Positions 62,738 through 64,000 of a DNA stretch of 64,000 nt are shown in pieces. Below the pieces are notes generated by a model. The model saw nothing but the letters and a program-made list of their open reading frames with translations. It did not search any database and was not told the origin of the DNA. The DNA comes from Spirochaetia bacterium (lineage in GTDB: Bacteria; Spirochaetota; Spirochaetia; CADAEX01): assembly GCA_963662795.1 (NCBI GenBank), contig OY759746.1, positions 224,001-288,000 of the forward strand, given 5' to 3'. How positions within the stretch are numbered: the stretch's first letter is position 1; the number at the start of each line of letters is the position of its first letter. The position numbers and the translations under genes were made by a program.

Positions 62738-64000
62738 TTATTTTCTTTCTCTCCATTTATGAAGTGGGTAACTTACATCAGTTATAGATGAATCAAAAGG
62801 CCATATTTGATGTAACTCACCATTTAAATATTGTACAAGAATTCCATTCGATTTTATATTTAATCCATTTGAGTTAAATTTAACTCCGTTCCATGGTAAA
62901 AATAATTTATCTGCAGGTATATCAGTTTCTTTTAATGCTTTTTGTATTTCTACAGGATCCGTAGAGCCTGCTCTATTAATTGCGTCTGCAAGTACAATTA
63001 TACCATCAATAGCTCGAGGAGCATTTCCAAAACCTCCACTGTTTTTCTCGTGCCATAATTCAGAAACTATTTGAGCATTTTTATTTTTTTTAGTAAAATC
63101 TTCGTTAAAGACTTCTCTAAATATCATTCCCTCTGCATCGTTACCTAACGCTTTAAAAATTGCTGGATACTGTACACCGCTAAAAATCATCTCGACATTA
63201 AAATCTAAAAGTTTCATAGTATTTATCAATAATATCTGATCCTGAGCAAAGCATATTTCCAGTAAAATATCCGGATTTGATTTTTTTAATTTTGATACTT
63301 CAGAAGATAAATCAACTGTACCAGACGGAAAAGAAACTTTTTCTACAACATTATAACTATATTCTTTTGCATATTTATCAACAATGTTTGCACAATCTGT
63401 TCCCCACAAACTATCTTCATGTATTATAGCTATTCTTTGATAAGCAACATTATCTCTTTGTTTTAAATCTTTTAAAAAATCAAAAAAAGATTTTAATAAT
63501 ATTTCATCATCAGGTGTAGTTCTAAAAAACCATTCTAATCCTTTTTTATTCAACATTGGCGATGAAGCTAATGCATTCAAAAAAGGGAACTTATGACGTT
63601 CAGCTATCATTTGAGCAGTTGCAGTTACTGAACTAGTATATGATCCTGTTATTGCAACTACTTTTTCTGAGGTAATCAATCTCTCAGTTTCGCTCATTCC
63701 TTTTTCCGGCAAACCTTGATCATCTGCATAAACTAACTCTATTTTTGCATTTCCGAGTGCTGGTAATCCAATTGTTCTTGCAAGCGGCATATCTGCATCA
63801 ACGGCGTTATTAACAATATAAGCACCTAGATCATAACCAGCTTTTAGGTATTCACCGTCAAGAGCCATTTTGCCACTTAAAGGTAATAATACTCCGATCT
63901 TAATAACATTTTCTTGAGGTGTTTTTACTTCTTTCTGCCCGCCTGAATAGACCAGACTAATCGTACAAAATGCTATTAGCATTATTAACACGATTTTTTT
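62738..64000 (-). CDS. LIV-type ABC substrate-binding protein (true start just beyond the window)
   Basis: Frame is open to 64000 (KKIVLIML...YSGGQKE); IKIGVLLPLSG, ITGSYTSSVT, FFRTTP, LADAINRAGSTD. Confidence 0.9.
   Translation of the reverse strand, partial: KKIVLIMLIAFCTISLVYSGGQKEVKTPQENVIKIGVLLPLSGKMALDGEYLKAGYDLGAYIVNNAVDADMPLARTIGLPALGNAKIELVYADDQGLPEKGMSETERLITSEKVVAITGSYTSSVTATAQMIAERHKFPFLNALASSPMLNKKGLEWFFRTTPDDEILLKSFFDFLKDLKQRDNVAYQRIAIIHEDSLWGTDCANIVDKYAKEYSYNVVEKVSFPSGTVDLSSEVSKLKKSNPDILLEICFAQDQILLINTMKLLDFNVEMIFSGVQYPAIFKALGNDAEGMIFREVFNEDFTKKNKNAQIVSELWHEKNSGGFGNAPRAIDGIIVLADAINRAGSTDPVEIQKALKETDIPADKLFLPWNGVKFNSNGLNIKSNGILVQYLNGELHQIWPFDSSITDVSYPLHKWRERK

Overview
A 64-kb chromosomal window from an anaerobic-type spirochaete. 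The assignment rests on 16S signatures, a tRNA-Ile-only rrn spacer, 'FAGGKKE'-type binding-protein N-termini and a 580-aa ThrRS lacking the N1 domain. It holds about 45 CDS, mostly transport, regulation and housekeeping: msrAB, three MATE pumps, a TetR-MMPL-LolA-like-beta-barrel operon, a PocR hybrid kinase, ilvY/ilvC, rmuC, an S1 protein, TRAP-IclR, pgsA, an M32 carboxypeptidase and thrS. One complete rRNA operon lies on the minus strand. Two AT-rich accessory transport/catabolic modules occur at 17.7-23.5 kb and 58.2-64 kb. I found no CRISPR array, transposase or integrase. The most unusual signals are non-coding. (1) The thrS leader has a full T-box riboswitch (Thr ACC specifier) followed directly after its terminator by a 49-bp tandem array of hairpins matching the CsrA/RsmA binding consensus. 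(2) A GGA-rich, terminator-ended, CsrB/RsmZ-like candidate sRNA sits behind the 5S rRNA. (3) At least five genes have promoter geometry predicting leaderless mRNAs. All calls come from reading the sequence by eye; no database searches or folding programs were run.
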